A DNA stretch of 64,000 nucleotides, taken from Camelus ferus (Eukaryota). Made by a program: the position numbers and the translations under genes. Of the stretch, positions 12,417-23,576 are shown one piece after another. The notes below the pieces were generated by a model. That model saw only the letters and a program-made list of their open reading frames with translations. It made no database searches and was not told the origin of the DNA. Every line of letters starts with the position of its first letter. Positions within the stretch are counted from its first letter, which is position 1. The stretch spans positions 71,858,001 through 71,922,000 of the forward strand of contig NC_045703.1 in NCBI RefSeq assembly GCF_009834535.1, read 5' to 3'.

Positions 12417-13116
12417 AATAGACATCTCTCCAAAGAAGACATCCAGATGGCCAACAAGCACAGGAAAAGATGCTCAATATCACTGATTGTCAGAGAAATG
12501 CAAATCACAGCTACACTGAGGTATCACTGACACCAGTCAGAATGGCCGTCGTTCAAAAGTCCACAAATGAGAAATGCTGGAGAGGGTGTGGGGGAAAAGG
12601 AGCCCTCCTACACTGATGGTGGAAATGCAGTTTGGTGTAGCCACTTTGTAGGACAGTATAGAGGTTCCTTAAAAAAATAAAAATAGACTTACCCTAAGAT
12701 CCAGCAATCACACTACTGAGCATATACCTGGAAAAAAATATAATTAAAAAACACACGTGCACCCCAATGTTCACAGCAGCACTATTTACAATAGTCAAGA
12801 CATGGAAAGAACCTAAATGATCATCGGCAGATGGCTCGATAAAGAAGCTGTGGTGTACATACACCGTGCAATACTACTCAGCCATAAAAAAGAACAAAAT
12901 AATGCCATTTGCAGCAACATGGATGGACGTATAGATCGTCATTCTAAGTGAAGTAAGTCAGACAGAGAAAGAAGAATACCATAGGACGTCACTTACATGT
13001 GGAATCTTAAAAAAGAAAGGACACAAATGAACTTATTCTCAAAACAGAAACAGATTCACAGACACAGAGAATAAACTTATGGTCACCACTGGGTAAAGGG
13101 GATGGGAAGAGATAAA
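12417..13116 (+). mobile_element. L1 ORF2 C-terminus and 3'UTR, truncated at both ends
   Basis: Translates [36 protein letters not shown], the L1 ORF2 C-terminal region. It stops at gggaagagataaat with no poly(A). Confidence 0.9.
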
Positions 13117-13949
13117 TGTTGAATTCAAAAATTGGCCCTCTTGGGGAGGGATGGGACGTTAGCTGTCTTGATTGTGGTGGTGGTTTCATGGGTATATATT
13201 TTTTTAATGTGTATTCTTTTAAAATCCTTTTTCTTGTCTTAAATGGGGTGGTAGGGTTTCATCTGTCAAGTTCCCTCACCACCCCAACACCATCCCAAAG
13301 CCCGGCACAGAGCATGTTTTCAACACGTGTTTGTGAGGGGTGGAGGTGGCAGGGAGGCGACAGCAGCAGAGGGAAGCTTGGGGTGACCGACCAACCTGCA
13401 GTGGCCGCTCCTCAGGGCCTGCGTGCATCTCCTGTTCATAGCTCAGCATCTTGGTCACGGAACCGCCTCATCCCGTTCACATCCCACTTCCCACCTCTTC
13501 TTCAAGCCCCTCCTCCCACGCCGGCATCCAGCCTCAGGCCCCGGGAAGGCGGGGTTAAGCCATGTTTCCAATGAGCGCAGTTGCCTACTGTACCAGATGC
13601 CTCCTGGGAATCTAACAGCTCGTGAGATGGAGCAAGCAGGTCAGGCGCGCTCCTGCATCTCCGCGGGCCCTGTGTGCTCCCACCTGCTTAGACCGGGGAC
13701 GCACACTGGACTGACTTTGCTGGGCCAAGCGCCCTGGTAGAGAGGGGCGCTCTGCTCTCAGGTTTCCAGGGCGCGTGTCTTGTTCCTCTGCTCACTGAGC
13801 TTGGACGAGATAGCCTTCTCCTCTGCACCTCCACTTGCTTTTCCGTAAGAGGAGAAGTTTCTTAGGTGGTTGAAGTGAACGGTGACTGGCACGCCATAAA
13901 CACCCGAAATGACAGCTGTTCCCACCTCCCAGGAATTTAGGGCTGGGTC

Positions 13950-14420
13950 AGACGGGCCAGCCTTTCTCGTGGGTGGCTGGGACTGAGCCATGTGCGTCCG
14001 GGTGCCGGGAAGGGGCGTCGGCCTCCATGCGGAGGAGGGCCGGGCCGAGCCGGAGACCTTTATGGCGCCTTGGGTTTGGACAATTGCCTTCGTTTGATGT
14101 CCGGAGGTTTTACACCTGAGTCAATGGAGAGCCCGGTAAGGCAGCAGTAAACTCTCCTTTTAAGTGGGAAAAGGGCAATCGTGAAAGGGTTGGGGAGGGG
14201 GCACCCACCTCCAGACGCCTCTCGGGCAGACCAGTTTTGGGAAAGAGGAGACGTGAGCGTGAGGACCTGGAGAAAGGGGCCCTTTCCGGCTCCCGCCAGA
14301 GGCGCTGCCTGCGGGCCTCGCACGGGCTCCGCGCTTTGCAGCCCCGCGAGCAGCCGCCGGAGGGGCGCGCGCCGCCTCGCGCCCGGCGTGTCTAGCTGTA
14401 CTTGCGCTGGCTTCCAAGGA
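13950..14420. promoter_or_regulatory. Small CpG island about 2 kb downstream of TBXT poly(A) site
   Basis: Dense CpG (e.g. ggggcgcgcgccgcctcgcgcccggcg); no coding signature. Confidence 0.7.
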
Positions 14421-16426
14421 CTTCCGCTACTCACATTAATAAACCCCTTTTGTAATCACAACACTTCCTCTTTCCTGTTTTTAGAGCCAAATTGTATTTT
14501 AAGACAAACAATGGTTACTAATGCGGCTCCTCGGTAATCAGCGGTGCCCAGTAATTACAGGTTAAGATGAGGGGAAGGATGGGGGGTGGGGATGTCCCCT
14601 GTCTACTGTGTGGCCGGCTTCTGCTGTCTCTGTCGAGGGGTTCAGGTGGAGACCGCTCCCAGCCGTGCGAAGCCCTCTCCGGACGCTCGCGTGCGGATGG
14701 CCGCTGCTTCTCCTTCCCTAGTGGCCTCTTTTTTTCCTCCTGTGTGATGGAAGCCTTTGTTCCCCCCATGTACTGTTGATTAAAATTCCTGGTGTCTTTT
14801 AATTGAGCTTCCTTCTTGTCCATAGATTTCACACCATTTTTCAATTGGCCGATGGGACAAACTGCAGCACAGAAAAGCTCATGTTCTGGATAAAACAGAT
14901 CTATGTTTAACACCACCCAGCATCTTCCTTCTCCATCTTTACAGATAAGAGACTTCAGCTTCTGGACTGGTAGCTTAACTTTCCTGGGGTCCCCATTGGC
15001 AAGGGAGGCAAATGAACACTCAATGCAGGTCTTTGGTACCAAATTGCAGGCTCCTTGGGCCATGCGGCAGCCACAGCCCCCTGTGTAACTGGAAGAACAT
15101 TGTTTGGTACATTAAAATAGTCATTCCTTGAACTTGAACTCTGGGTCACCTTTAGAAACCCACGTCAAGGCCCTGTCCCTCCTCTGCATGGGTGATCACT
15201 CTCCTCAACCAGAGCTGAAGGCCCCTGGATTTAGGACCCATGACTCAGTGTCCCCACAGCCCCCAGCCTGGGGCAGGGCTACGTTCCCTGCAGTGCTGTC
15301 AGGAACAGCCCCTCAGTAACCCGCGGCATCCGCGCGCGTCTCAGTGACCCAGGCCCCTCGCCACCCCACAGTGAGTCCCTGCTTAGAAGCACTCTGGAAG
15401 GCTTGAAAAGGGGCAGGCACTGGGCTAGGTAGGTTCTAGGAGCACAAAACCTTGGTCCCAGCCTTTGGGAGCAGTCAGGATGATGGAGGAGACAGCCACG
15501 TTTCCTGGGAAATGCCCGCGCTGTGGGGTCTCTGCGCACACCATCCCCACATCTCCTGCCCCCAGGCCCCGACCCTTCTCCTGCAGACCCCGTGCCTGGA
15601 GCCAGACTGCTGAGGCCAGTTTACTTCCCGATCCTCTTGGGCATGGTTTATTTTAAAATATTCTTCCAATATGTTTAAGTCAACAAATCTTCTGATCTGG
15701 GGTATTTCTACGTGAGCTACAGTAAAACCTAGTAGGAATAAAGCCAAGAAAAACTTTTAGGTGGCCAATAGTTTACAAGAAGCACGTCTCACTTGGAAAG
15801 CAGGCACAAAAACACTGAAACTTCAGCTATTTACAGTTAAATTCTAGGCTTACGCTCTTTTAAAAAGTAAGAGTCCAGAACATCGAGCTTGAAGAAGATT
15901 AAAGTAAGGCTTTTGCCACTAGATGGAGAAATCACCCCAGTGCAGCACAAGCACGGTCCTGGCTCACTGCTGGGCAGCCTTACCAGCAGGAAAGTCATTT
16001 ACAAACGCCACGTTGTTCAAACGACTGCGGCACCTAAACCTTACATTTAGAAACTATAGCTTCTTGTCAATTCATTTTACATGTTTGTGCTTGAATCATG
16101 TAGGCATCCCACAGTAATCTCTACAATGTCAGCATTTCTACATTCTGTCATCATCCACATTCATGATTCAGCATTGACTCTTTGACTTTCTTGGAAATCA
16201 TTTGACATCTTTTGCCTGTTTTGTGGCAGTTAGCACTGAGTAAATAAATATATGCCAATTTCACTTCCAGTTCTGCAACTGATTAGATAAAATGTTAAAG
16301 TCCATCACCCACTGAAAAGCTTCTCCAAAATGATCTTTATCACCAGCTGTCACAAACCACACGATCTCATTCCCAAAAAGCAGGGGTGTGAGCAATAATT
16401 AGGCCAACCACATCTTGCACATTGCC

Positions 16427-16432
16427 TTTATT
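16427..16432 (-). terminator. TBXT: Probable TBXT polyadenylation signal AATAAA (3'UTR about 670 nt)
   Basis: TTTATT on + is the first AATAAA I found on the minus strand after the stop codon. It is followed by a GU-rich stretch (gatgtggttgg...gctttttggg). Confidence 0.75.
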
Positions 16433-17081
16433 TTGCAGAAAATGCTTTCTGCTGATTGTCTTTGGCTACTTTGTCAAAAGAAAAATATAAACAGTGGGAG
16501 GTTTAACAATACAAGAGATTAGCTACCTATGCTTGAAACAAACGCATCCTAGTTGGCAGAGGCTGCACATTTCCACTTCAGCCGCAGTCTGCCGTCCTCA
16601 ACTGATTTCATTCTGTCTTTCACAGCTCGGCTGCAACTGTGACACTGCCACAAAAGGGACCTGAAAGCTACTCGAAAGCAACAAGAAAAAGAATTAAAAG
16701 TGTGCTTTTTGGTGTCACTAGAGTAGGACCAGTGGAGTTTACAAACTCTGATGTCCCAAGATCATCTATGTGCCGCATGAGAAACAAAATTTCTGGACGT
16801 GAGCAAGTAATTTTTACTGTGAATCATGGTAAAATAGGCCAACTGCATGGCCTCCATACTCGAATTCATCTGCAGCACATAAAGGACCCGGGACGGCACT
16901 GCCACCACCAAAGATGGGCAAAGGTGGGGGGGGGACGCTTGATAAATAGCAAGACTTGAGTTCCTCCTCGTCCTTACAGTGAGGCTAATTTCCTCCCCTT
17001 GCCCCAGAGATGGCCCATCAAATCAACACTTGCTGCCACAACAAAGAAGTCATTGTGTCTTTTAAGACCCAGGGCCCTCGT

Positions 17082-17355
17082 TCACATGGACGGAGGCGAC
17101 ACTGGGGTCCACGAGGCTAGGAGGCGGGCGTGGGCCGAGGCGTCATACTGGCTGTCGGCAATGTCTGCAGCCGTGGCGGCCCCTTCATACAGTGGGGACC
17201 CCGCGGAGGAGGAAGCGGGGACTGGGTGCGCGAGGGGCGCAGAGCGGGCAGCAGGGCCTCGGAAGAACTGGGCTCCCAGCCCGCTGGACATCCCTGCTGT
17301 CTGGGCGCCGGGGGGGACGGTGCCGCTGCTCACGGACCACAGGCTGGGGTGCTGA
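17082..17355 (-). CDS. TBXT: TBXT coding exon 8 (C-terminus, stop TGA 17084-17082)
   Basis: Acceptor ttctctccgccgcag|T; (S)QHPSLWSVSSGTVPPGAQ...SQYDASAHARLLASWTPVSPPSM*. Confidence 0.98.
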
Positions 17356-17753
17356 CTGCGGCGGAGAGAAGGGGAAACAGACAGGTCAGAGGCGTGGGGT
17401 CGGGGTGCCCCGGCCAGCTGCAGGCGGGGGAGGACACCACCAGCACCCGTCTCCCGACAGCTGGGCCACTGGGTGTCTTCCTTTCAAATGGGCCTTTTCC
17501 TCTGATCTGTGTGGAAGTTACCGTCTTGTCTATTAACAGGAAACAAAATCATGAGGACGCCAGCTATTTACCTAGGCGTAGCCCCGGGCAGAGCGCTGTT
17601 AGGTTTTCCTGCAAAAGACGCCAGTTTTGCGCTCTTGCTCGGAATCCAGAATCCTCAGACACACTGCGTCAGATGCTTCTGTGCGAACTAGCACGCCAGC
17701 CCCTGCTCCTCCCAGGGACTCCTGGGGTGGAGACAACACCTAAAACACTGAGC

Positions 17754-17879
17754 CTGGGGAGGGCACGGCTCAGTGGTAGGTCACGTGCTTAGCATGCACG
17801 AGGTCCTGGGTTCAATCCTCAGTACCTCCATTTTTTTAAAAGGTGCCTTTAAAGGACAATTTTTTTAATTAAATAAAAA
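17754..17879 (+). mobile_element. Vic-1-type SINE in TBXT intron 7, antisense to TBXT
   Basis: A and B boxes; perfect 13-bp TSD taaaacactgagc at 17741-17753 and 17880-17892. Confidence 0.93.
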
Positions 17880-17954
17880 TAAAACACTGAGCAATGGAGA
17901 GCATTCTGTCCCGGCCAGCAACTCCTGTATGGGCACCGCTCCCAGAAAGACAGG

Positions 17955-18020
17955 CACCTGGGGATCAGACCTGGAAGTAAGTCCCAGCTCTGCCCTTCAC
18001 AGCTGTGTCACGATACCCTT
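17955..18020 (+). mobile_element. MIR relic, intron 7
   Basis: cagacctggaagtaagtcccagctctgcccttcacagctgtgt. Confidence 0.55.
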
Positions 18021-18914
18021 GGTCCGCGACCGCTGTTGAGGCTGATCCCCAGTCTACGAAAGGAGTTGGAAACCGGTACTAAATCCTCCAGTCTTAAGAA
18101 CATGGACCTGAACAGCATTACATTATGCTCAAATTTTGTTTCCAGAAAGTTTCTTTCTCTTACAGTAGAGTCTTTCGATAAATGAGCAGGGAGGCCGTGC
18201 ACAGCAGTGGGCTATATTCTTTATCAAGCCACGTCCTGCGCTGCAGATGCATTCACACTCACAAACAAGCCTGAGTTCAGTGAGGGGGGCTGCTCTCCCC
18301 ACTTCACAGAAGAAGAGAAACAAGATGCCCTAAAACGCACAGGGGGGGCCCCACTGTGACCGCAGTCCACCCCGTTTACAGCAGCTCTGAGTGGCTTCGG
18401 GGCCCTTGGAAAGCTGGCTGGTTGCACATTGTTTTACTTTCTCAAGAGTAAACAATTAGATTCTTATTTTAAAGGAATTGTTTCCTAGACATAAGGAATT
18501 ACGATCTTAGACAAATTTTGATGTTCTCTACATAGAAACTACATTGCTTTTAATGTCAAGACGTCTTATCTACAGACTGTGGCCAGCTTGTTCACTCACT
18601 TAATATCTTTGAGCCCATTTCCTGATTAGAAAGTGAGGACTGACCTCTAGGTTTGTTATTTTAGTTTTTTATTATAAAAATCCTACGAAGAGATGTAACA
18701 CACTTACTGACTGACCTGATTTTTTAAACCAACCTTCCTGTACATAATTTTCAGGTTAATAATAAAATAGTCATCATTCTTTGCAGGTTACCCAGCATTC
18801 ATGCTCAGAACTTCGGTTCTCTTTCCACAGAAATCCAACGTATTTATTTCCTTAATTTAATAGTGCCTGTCAAAAAAGTTCTGGAAACATTTATTCAAAA
18901 TTCTCTCCTACTGA

Positions 18915-19045
18915 CCTCAACAACCCTGTACGGATGGGCTGAAGCTGGGGTCATCTTGTGCCTTTTTCTTGAAGAAACGAGGCTCAGAGAGTTTAAAAGA
19001 CTTATCCATCACATGCTAGTAGTTAGCAGAGCCAGGATAGGGTCC
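18915..19045 (-). mobile_element. MIR relic, intron 7
   Basis: ctcaacaaccctgta...gaagaaacgaggctcagagagtttaa...gctagtagttagcagagccagga. Confidence 0.7.
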
Positions 19046-19305
19046 CTGCTTTCCTTCTGTTACAGCCCAGCTCCCATCCACCCTGAGGGAGCCACCCATC
19101 TTCCCAGAGAACAGACTGGAGCAGGGACTCTTAACAGTCATGTCACCTGGGATCCGCAGACATTTCTGACTAGTGGTCAAATTATAACTAAAAACCCAGG
19201 ACGTGAGGTGAAGGGCAGAATGGAGGCCAGTGAATGAGATGGCGTGAAGTCACAGGCACTCAGAGATCCCAGGACAGTCTGCATCCATCCCCAGCTGCAC
19301 ATTAC

Positions 19306-19435
19306 CTGGAGCCCGTAGGAGGACCGGCGTTCGGACTCATGGGGAGCATGCTGGTGTGGGCAGGCACTCCAAGGCTGGACCAGTTGTCATGGGACTGGAG
19401 CATGGATAGACATGCAGATGAGTTGTCCGAATAGG
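19306..19435 (-). CDS. TBXT: TBXT coding exon 7
   Basis: Acceptor ccggtag|CC; (T)YSDNSSACLSMLQSHDNWSSLGVPAHTSMLPMSPNAGPPTGS; donor CAG|GTAATG. Confidence 0.98.
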
Positions 19436-20490
19436 CTACCGGATGTAATAAAGTGTCATTACTCATGGAGTCTTCCACAAGCGACAAAACCCCCTGAGAT
19501 ACTGCCAAATACTACCAGTAACGGGCTACCCAACATGGACAGCAGCGCTGTGTGTGACAGTAAAGACAGAAAGCAAACCCACCAGCCTGCTTAACCGGTC
19601 ATCAAAGGCTAATGTTTATCATCAAATGTGTGCATTTGAAGATACATTCCAGTAAACCCGGGCTTTTTCTTTATCATTAGCTCAGTGGCTGCCCTGTAAA
19701 AATGGAATCCTACAGTCACATGAGAGGGGATTAATTACCTTTAAAAATAAAATTGAATGTAGCTTTAACCTGCCTTTCCCCTAAGGGGTTATTTCTGAAG
19801 AGTTAAAAGGGCTTTAGAAACCATTACTCTGAGCAAAATTTAAAATATGATCTCCTAGCCTCTAGGTGAATGGCTATTTCCTTACCAAATAAACTCCTTT
19901 CATCTCAAATCAGCTTTAATTGCTTAATTGTTTTATGGTGTTCATTAGCTTTTTCCTTCCTTCTGGAGCCAGACAAAATGAAGTCCAGGCATAGATGGTG
20001 TTAGAGAGAGCGCGGTGCAGGGACCATCACGGGCTCGTCCAGTGTTCACGGCGCTCAAGGACGCGTCAGGGGCTTCTTAAACCACAAACTGCTGGACCCA
20101 CCCCTGGTGCTTCCGACTAAGTCGGGGTGGTTTCCAGGTGATGCTGACGCTACTGACCTGGGAACCATACTTAGGAAACATACTGTGTCTAGTCAAGCCA
20201 TTGATCTCTGCACCTGGCTGACCCAACGTCACTTTAGAGGGGTTCATAAAATACCCAAGTCTGGGCGCCCAGACATGGGTCTCCATTCTGGGAGTAATAA
20301 CTGAGTCACATTCAGCTCCAAAAGCCCCTGTGGTCTGGATGTCTCTGTGGTCGAGCCAGCAGTGATGAGGACGTGCAATCAAAGTCCCTCTCGAGCCACT
20401 AAAGATCCAGCCTCCGGGACCCTGCAGGCTGCCTTTCCCTCCCCAGAAGTGTCCCGGCCACCCCAAAACTCCTTTCCAGTCAGGACTTAC

Positions 20491-20667
20491 TTGGAGAATT
20501 GTTCCGATGTGCGTAAGGGCTGGGGTAGGGGGATGGACGGTGGCTTCTCAGGGCCGGGTATGTTTCACAGCCGTGCGTGGAGGGAAGTGAGAGGGGGCCT
20601 CCGAACTGAGGGTGGGAGGTGGCAGGTGGACACAGGGTGCTGGTTCCAGGAATCAGCCACCCCCCTG
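20491..20667 (-). CDS. TBXT: TBXT coding exon 6 (177 nt, or 174 nt from 20664)
   Basis: Acceptor ttttctcacag|cag|GG; (S)GGWLIPGTSTLCPPATSHPQFGGPLSLPSTHGCETYPALRSHRPSPYPSPYAHRNNSP; donor CAA|GTAAGT. Confidence 0.98.
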
Positions 20668-21518
20668 CTGTGAGAAAAGAGTGCTGAGTAACTGGTGTTT
20701 GCAGCACCTCCATTACTGAAAGGGCGGGAGCCCTGAGGCCAGGGAGCTGTGGGCCTTCTCCTTAGGATTCGCGGACCACCGAGCACCCAAGCCAAGTCTT
20801 CAGGCAGCATGGGAGTCAGCTCCGCACTAGCGGCCCCAGGCTGGCCAAGGTTTCCAAACCCACAGGCCCCTGAGATAACCCGGGAGACCCAGCCTCAGCC
20901 AAGCCTGAGGCTTCCTCAGCTGCTCTTATTCAAAAATCCTACTCTCCCCCCATCCTCCTGGCCTCTCATGGGATGTTCTGCTCCATAATTAGGTCAGTTC
21001 TCAGGGCCTGACTGCTGAGCTTGAATAAAACGTAAAAACAGACACGTTCAAGACACACAAGGGGAACCAGGCAGCTGAGTCCCCATGTCCCCACTTCACC
21101 CTAGCCCCAGCCCCACCCCGTCACACACGGGAGTGCTTGTCCCGGCCCGTGGTGCCCCACGTTCTGCTCACTCCTCTTCTGCCTCAGGCTTGCGCTCGCC
21201 TGCCTTATCCATCAATTGGAAAATTGTTCCAGCACAGTCCTGTCCTCCTGTAAAAAACCCACTTTCTTCTCCACTCTTTTTTTTTTCTTCAAACTTTCTT
21301 TTTTCATTCAGAAAAGCAACCTCTAGGAGGACAAGGACTCCAGCTCCAGCGCCTGAACTGCACACAGTTCTTCAGACACCATGTAAAGGAGGGCGGGCGG
21401 GATGGGGCCGCAAAGCCGGGGCCCCTCACGCTCCAGAAAGGTTGTTCATAATCTGCTCTCTGACATGGCAGCCTGCGAGCCACTTAGGAGCACTGTTTGC
21501 CAAATTAGTCCATAAAAT

Positions 21519-21597
21519 GGAAGGAAGGAAGGAAGGAAGGAAGGAAGGAAGCAAGCAAGGGAGGGAGGAAGGGAGGAAGGAAAAGGAAAGGAAGCAA
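21519..21597. repeat. (GGAA)8 plus degenerate purine tract in TBXT intron 5
   Basis: 8 perfect GGAA units at 21519-21550, then GCAA/GGGA/GGAA variants. Confidence 0.95.
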
Positions 21598-22358
21598 TTG
21601 TTTGAGGAGGGCACCATGCTGGTTCATCCAGACTTGAAGTGACAGCAAGCACTAACTTTTCCGTCCCTACAGTTGTCAATCATTTATCTCTCAGAGTCCC
21701 TCCCTGAGTGCGGAGGAGGGCTAGACAAAGCCTTTTCTCCTAAAAGACTCTGCTGTAGACCTCCGTTACTTTGCTCTGGCTCACAGAACTCCTAAGGAAG
21801 CTAGACTTTTTTAAGCAAACTTTTCCCATCCTATAGCCACTGTTTCCAGCATGAGCTGACAGGTCATCCTTGGATCAGAAGCAAGCTAAGGGGAAAACCA
21901 CACGCTGTCAGAAGCATCATTCCAAAGATGATCCTTCTGTTTTCAACCACTAACAAAAAGAGAAGCCATCTCAAAATGGACATAAGAGCTGCTCTCTCTT
22001 CTTGCTCAACACAGCAGAGTCTAAACACCCGCCAAGGACTCAGTGATCTGTCCTAGCCATGGTCGGAGCGGCCTCGAAGAAAAGCAAAAGAGCCCAGGAA
22101 AATTCTCCCCAGGCTTCTCTGTCAGGAGCTCCATGGGCTCCACGACCCCAGGTGGGGCAGAGGCTGAGAACCAGTAGGTTGAAGACCAGTAGAAACGCAG
22201 CCAACAGTCAACACATATGGCTTGCATGGCAAAGGGCAAAGTGCTCCCGCCACACCCAGAAACTGCCTGCTCTGTCCCCAGCTCCAAGCTCCCAGCTCCC
22301 AGCAGTCTAGTCCCCAAAACAAGGTGTGTCTGGGTAGACAGAGTGCAACAAACCGTAC

Positions 22359-22420
22359 ATTGGGAGTACCCAGATTGCTGGCTGTCTCCGGGTTCTTCCA
22401 TCATATCTTTGTGATCACTT
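22359..22420 (-). CDS. TBXT: TBXT coding exon 5
   Basis: Acceptor tttttgacag|A; SDHKDMMEEPGDSQQSGYSQ; donor AAT|GTACGG. Confidence 0.97.
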
Positions 22421-22540
22421 CTGTCAAAAAAGTGGATTGAATTGTCAAGAAGGAGAGCGGCTAGAAAATAGCACGGCAGTAATATTTCATTTTTCTGCAT
22501 ACTTCTTTGCCCAAAGGGAATATAGTTAGAATTCTCTCAC

Positions 22541-22602
22541 CTTTCCTTTGCATCAAGGAAAGCTTTTGCAAATGGATTGTATTTAATTTTAAGAGCTGTG
22601 AT
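22541..22602 (-). CDS. TBXT: TBXT coding exon 4 (T-box C-terminal helices)
   Basis: Not in the ORF track; read manually: tttttcag|ATC ACA GCT CTT AAA ATT AAA TAC AAT CCA TTT GCA AAA GCT TTC CTT GAT GCA AAG GAA AG|gtgaga = ITALKIKYNPFAKAFLDAKE(R). Confidence 0.98.
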
Positions 22603-23441
22603 CTGAAAAACAAGAAGTTGAGTTTACTAGTACATTTCTATATGGTCAGAGGATTTTATTTGGCACCAAGAAATTGGGAACCACCAGTAACCCCTCTAAA
22701 TATCCAAATATAATCAGACTTCTTTCCAAGTATGTGTTTCTATTTGGATCTGAAGTAGCCGAGTAATCATAATATTTTCTAAAGAACAGCACATTTATAA
22801 AAAGTTTTTAAATGCTAATTTTCCGAGTGTAATTTACAATAAGCTTAACCTACTGCTGACAATGTTCTGTGTGCATACATCAAACAAATATGGCTCAAAA
22901 CATAACCTAGGGCTGCTTGGCAATAGTGAAGGCGAGTTCTAGTTGGTGATCAACACTGACAACTTAACCAGCTAATCACAGACTGTACTTTGGGGTCCGA
23001 CTTGGACATAGCTTTACAGGCACGAACCTGTATTCTGCATCTGGTTGATTCTTCACACTGCGTGGATTTGGAGGGGTGCCCCCGGCCCTTTCAGGAAGAT
23101 TCCCAAAGTGAGGAGAGGCCTTTTCCTGAAGTTTTGTTCTCAAGAAGCCCTCACAGTACTTCACCTCAATGTTTTTACTCATCTTTTCATTTTGAGCGTT
23201 TTAGTGGGTGCTTCTAGTTTTAGATACTTTTGTGGAAAATTAAAGGGGGAAACTGCTTTAATAATGACTCATTTTAAAGCTTTTCTCCCTTCAGTCCCAA
23301 TTTTATAGTTACGATAAATTACTTGAAAAGACACTAATGACCCCACAAAAGACACAATCTGTATTCGCGCCAATCTCTGCGACTCAGCACCCGCGACACA
23401 AGAAGGCTACGCGACACAGGAACGCTGCGCGCGCCGCTCAC

Positions 23442-23576
23442 CTCCTCGTTCTGGTAAGCCGTCACAGCTATGAACTGCGTCTCCGGGAAGCAGTGGCTGG
23501 TGATCATGCGCTGCGGACCCCCAACTCTCACTATGTGGATTCGGGGCTCATACTTGTGTAAGGAATTCAACATGAT
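23442..23576 (-). CDS. TBXT: TBXT coding exon 3 (T-box)
   Basis: Acceptor tcag|ATC; [45 protein letters not shown]; donor GAG|GTGAGC. Confidence 0.99.

Noticed and set aside
17955-19045. Inverted MIR pair in intron 7 as a splicing hairpin
   Set aside because: Too diverged for stable pairing, and both lie in one intron, so no exon is looped out.
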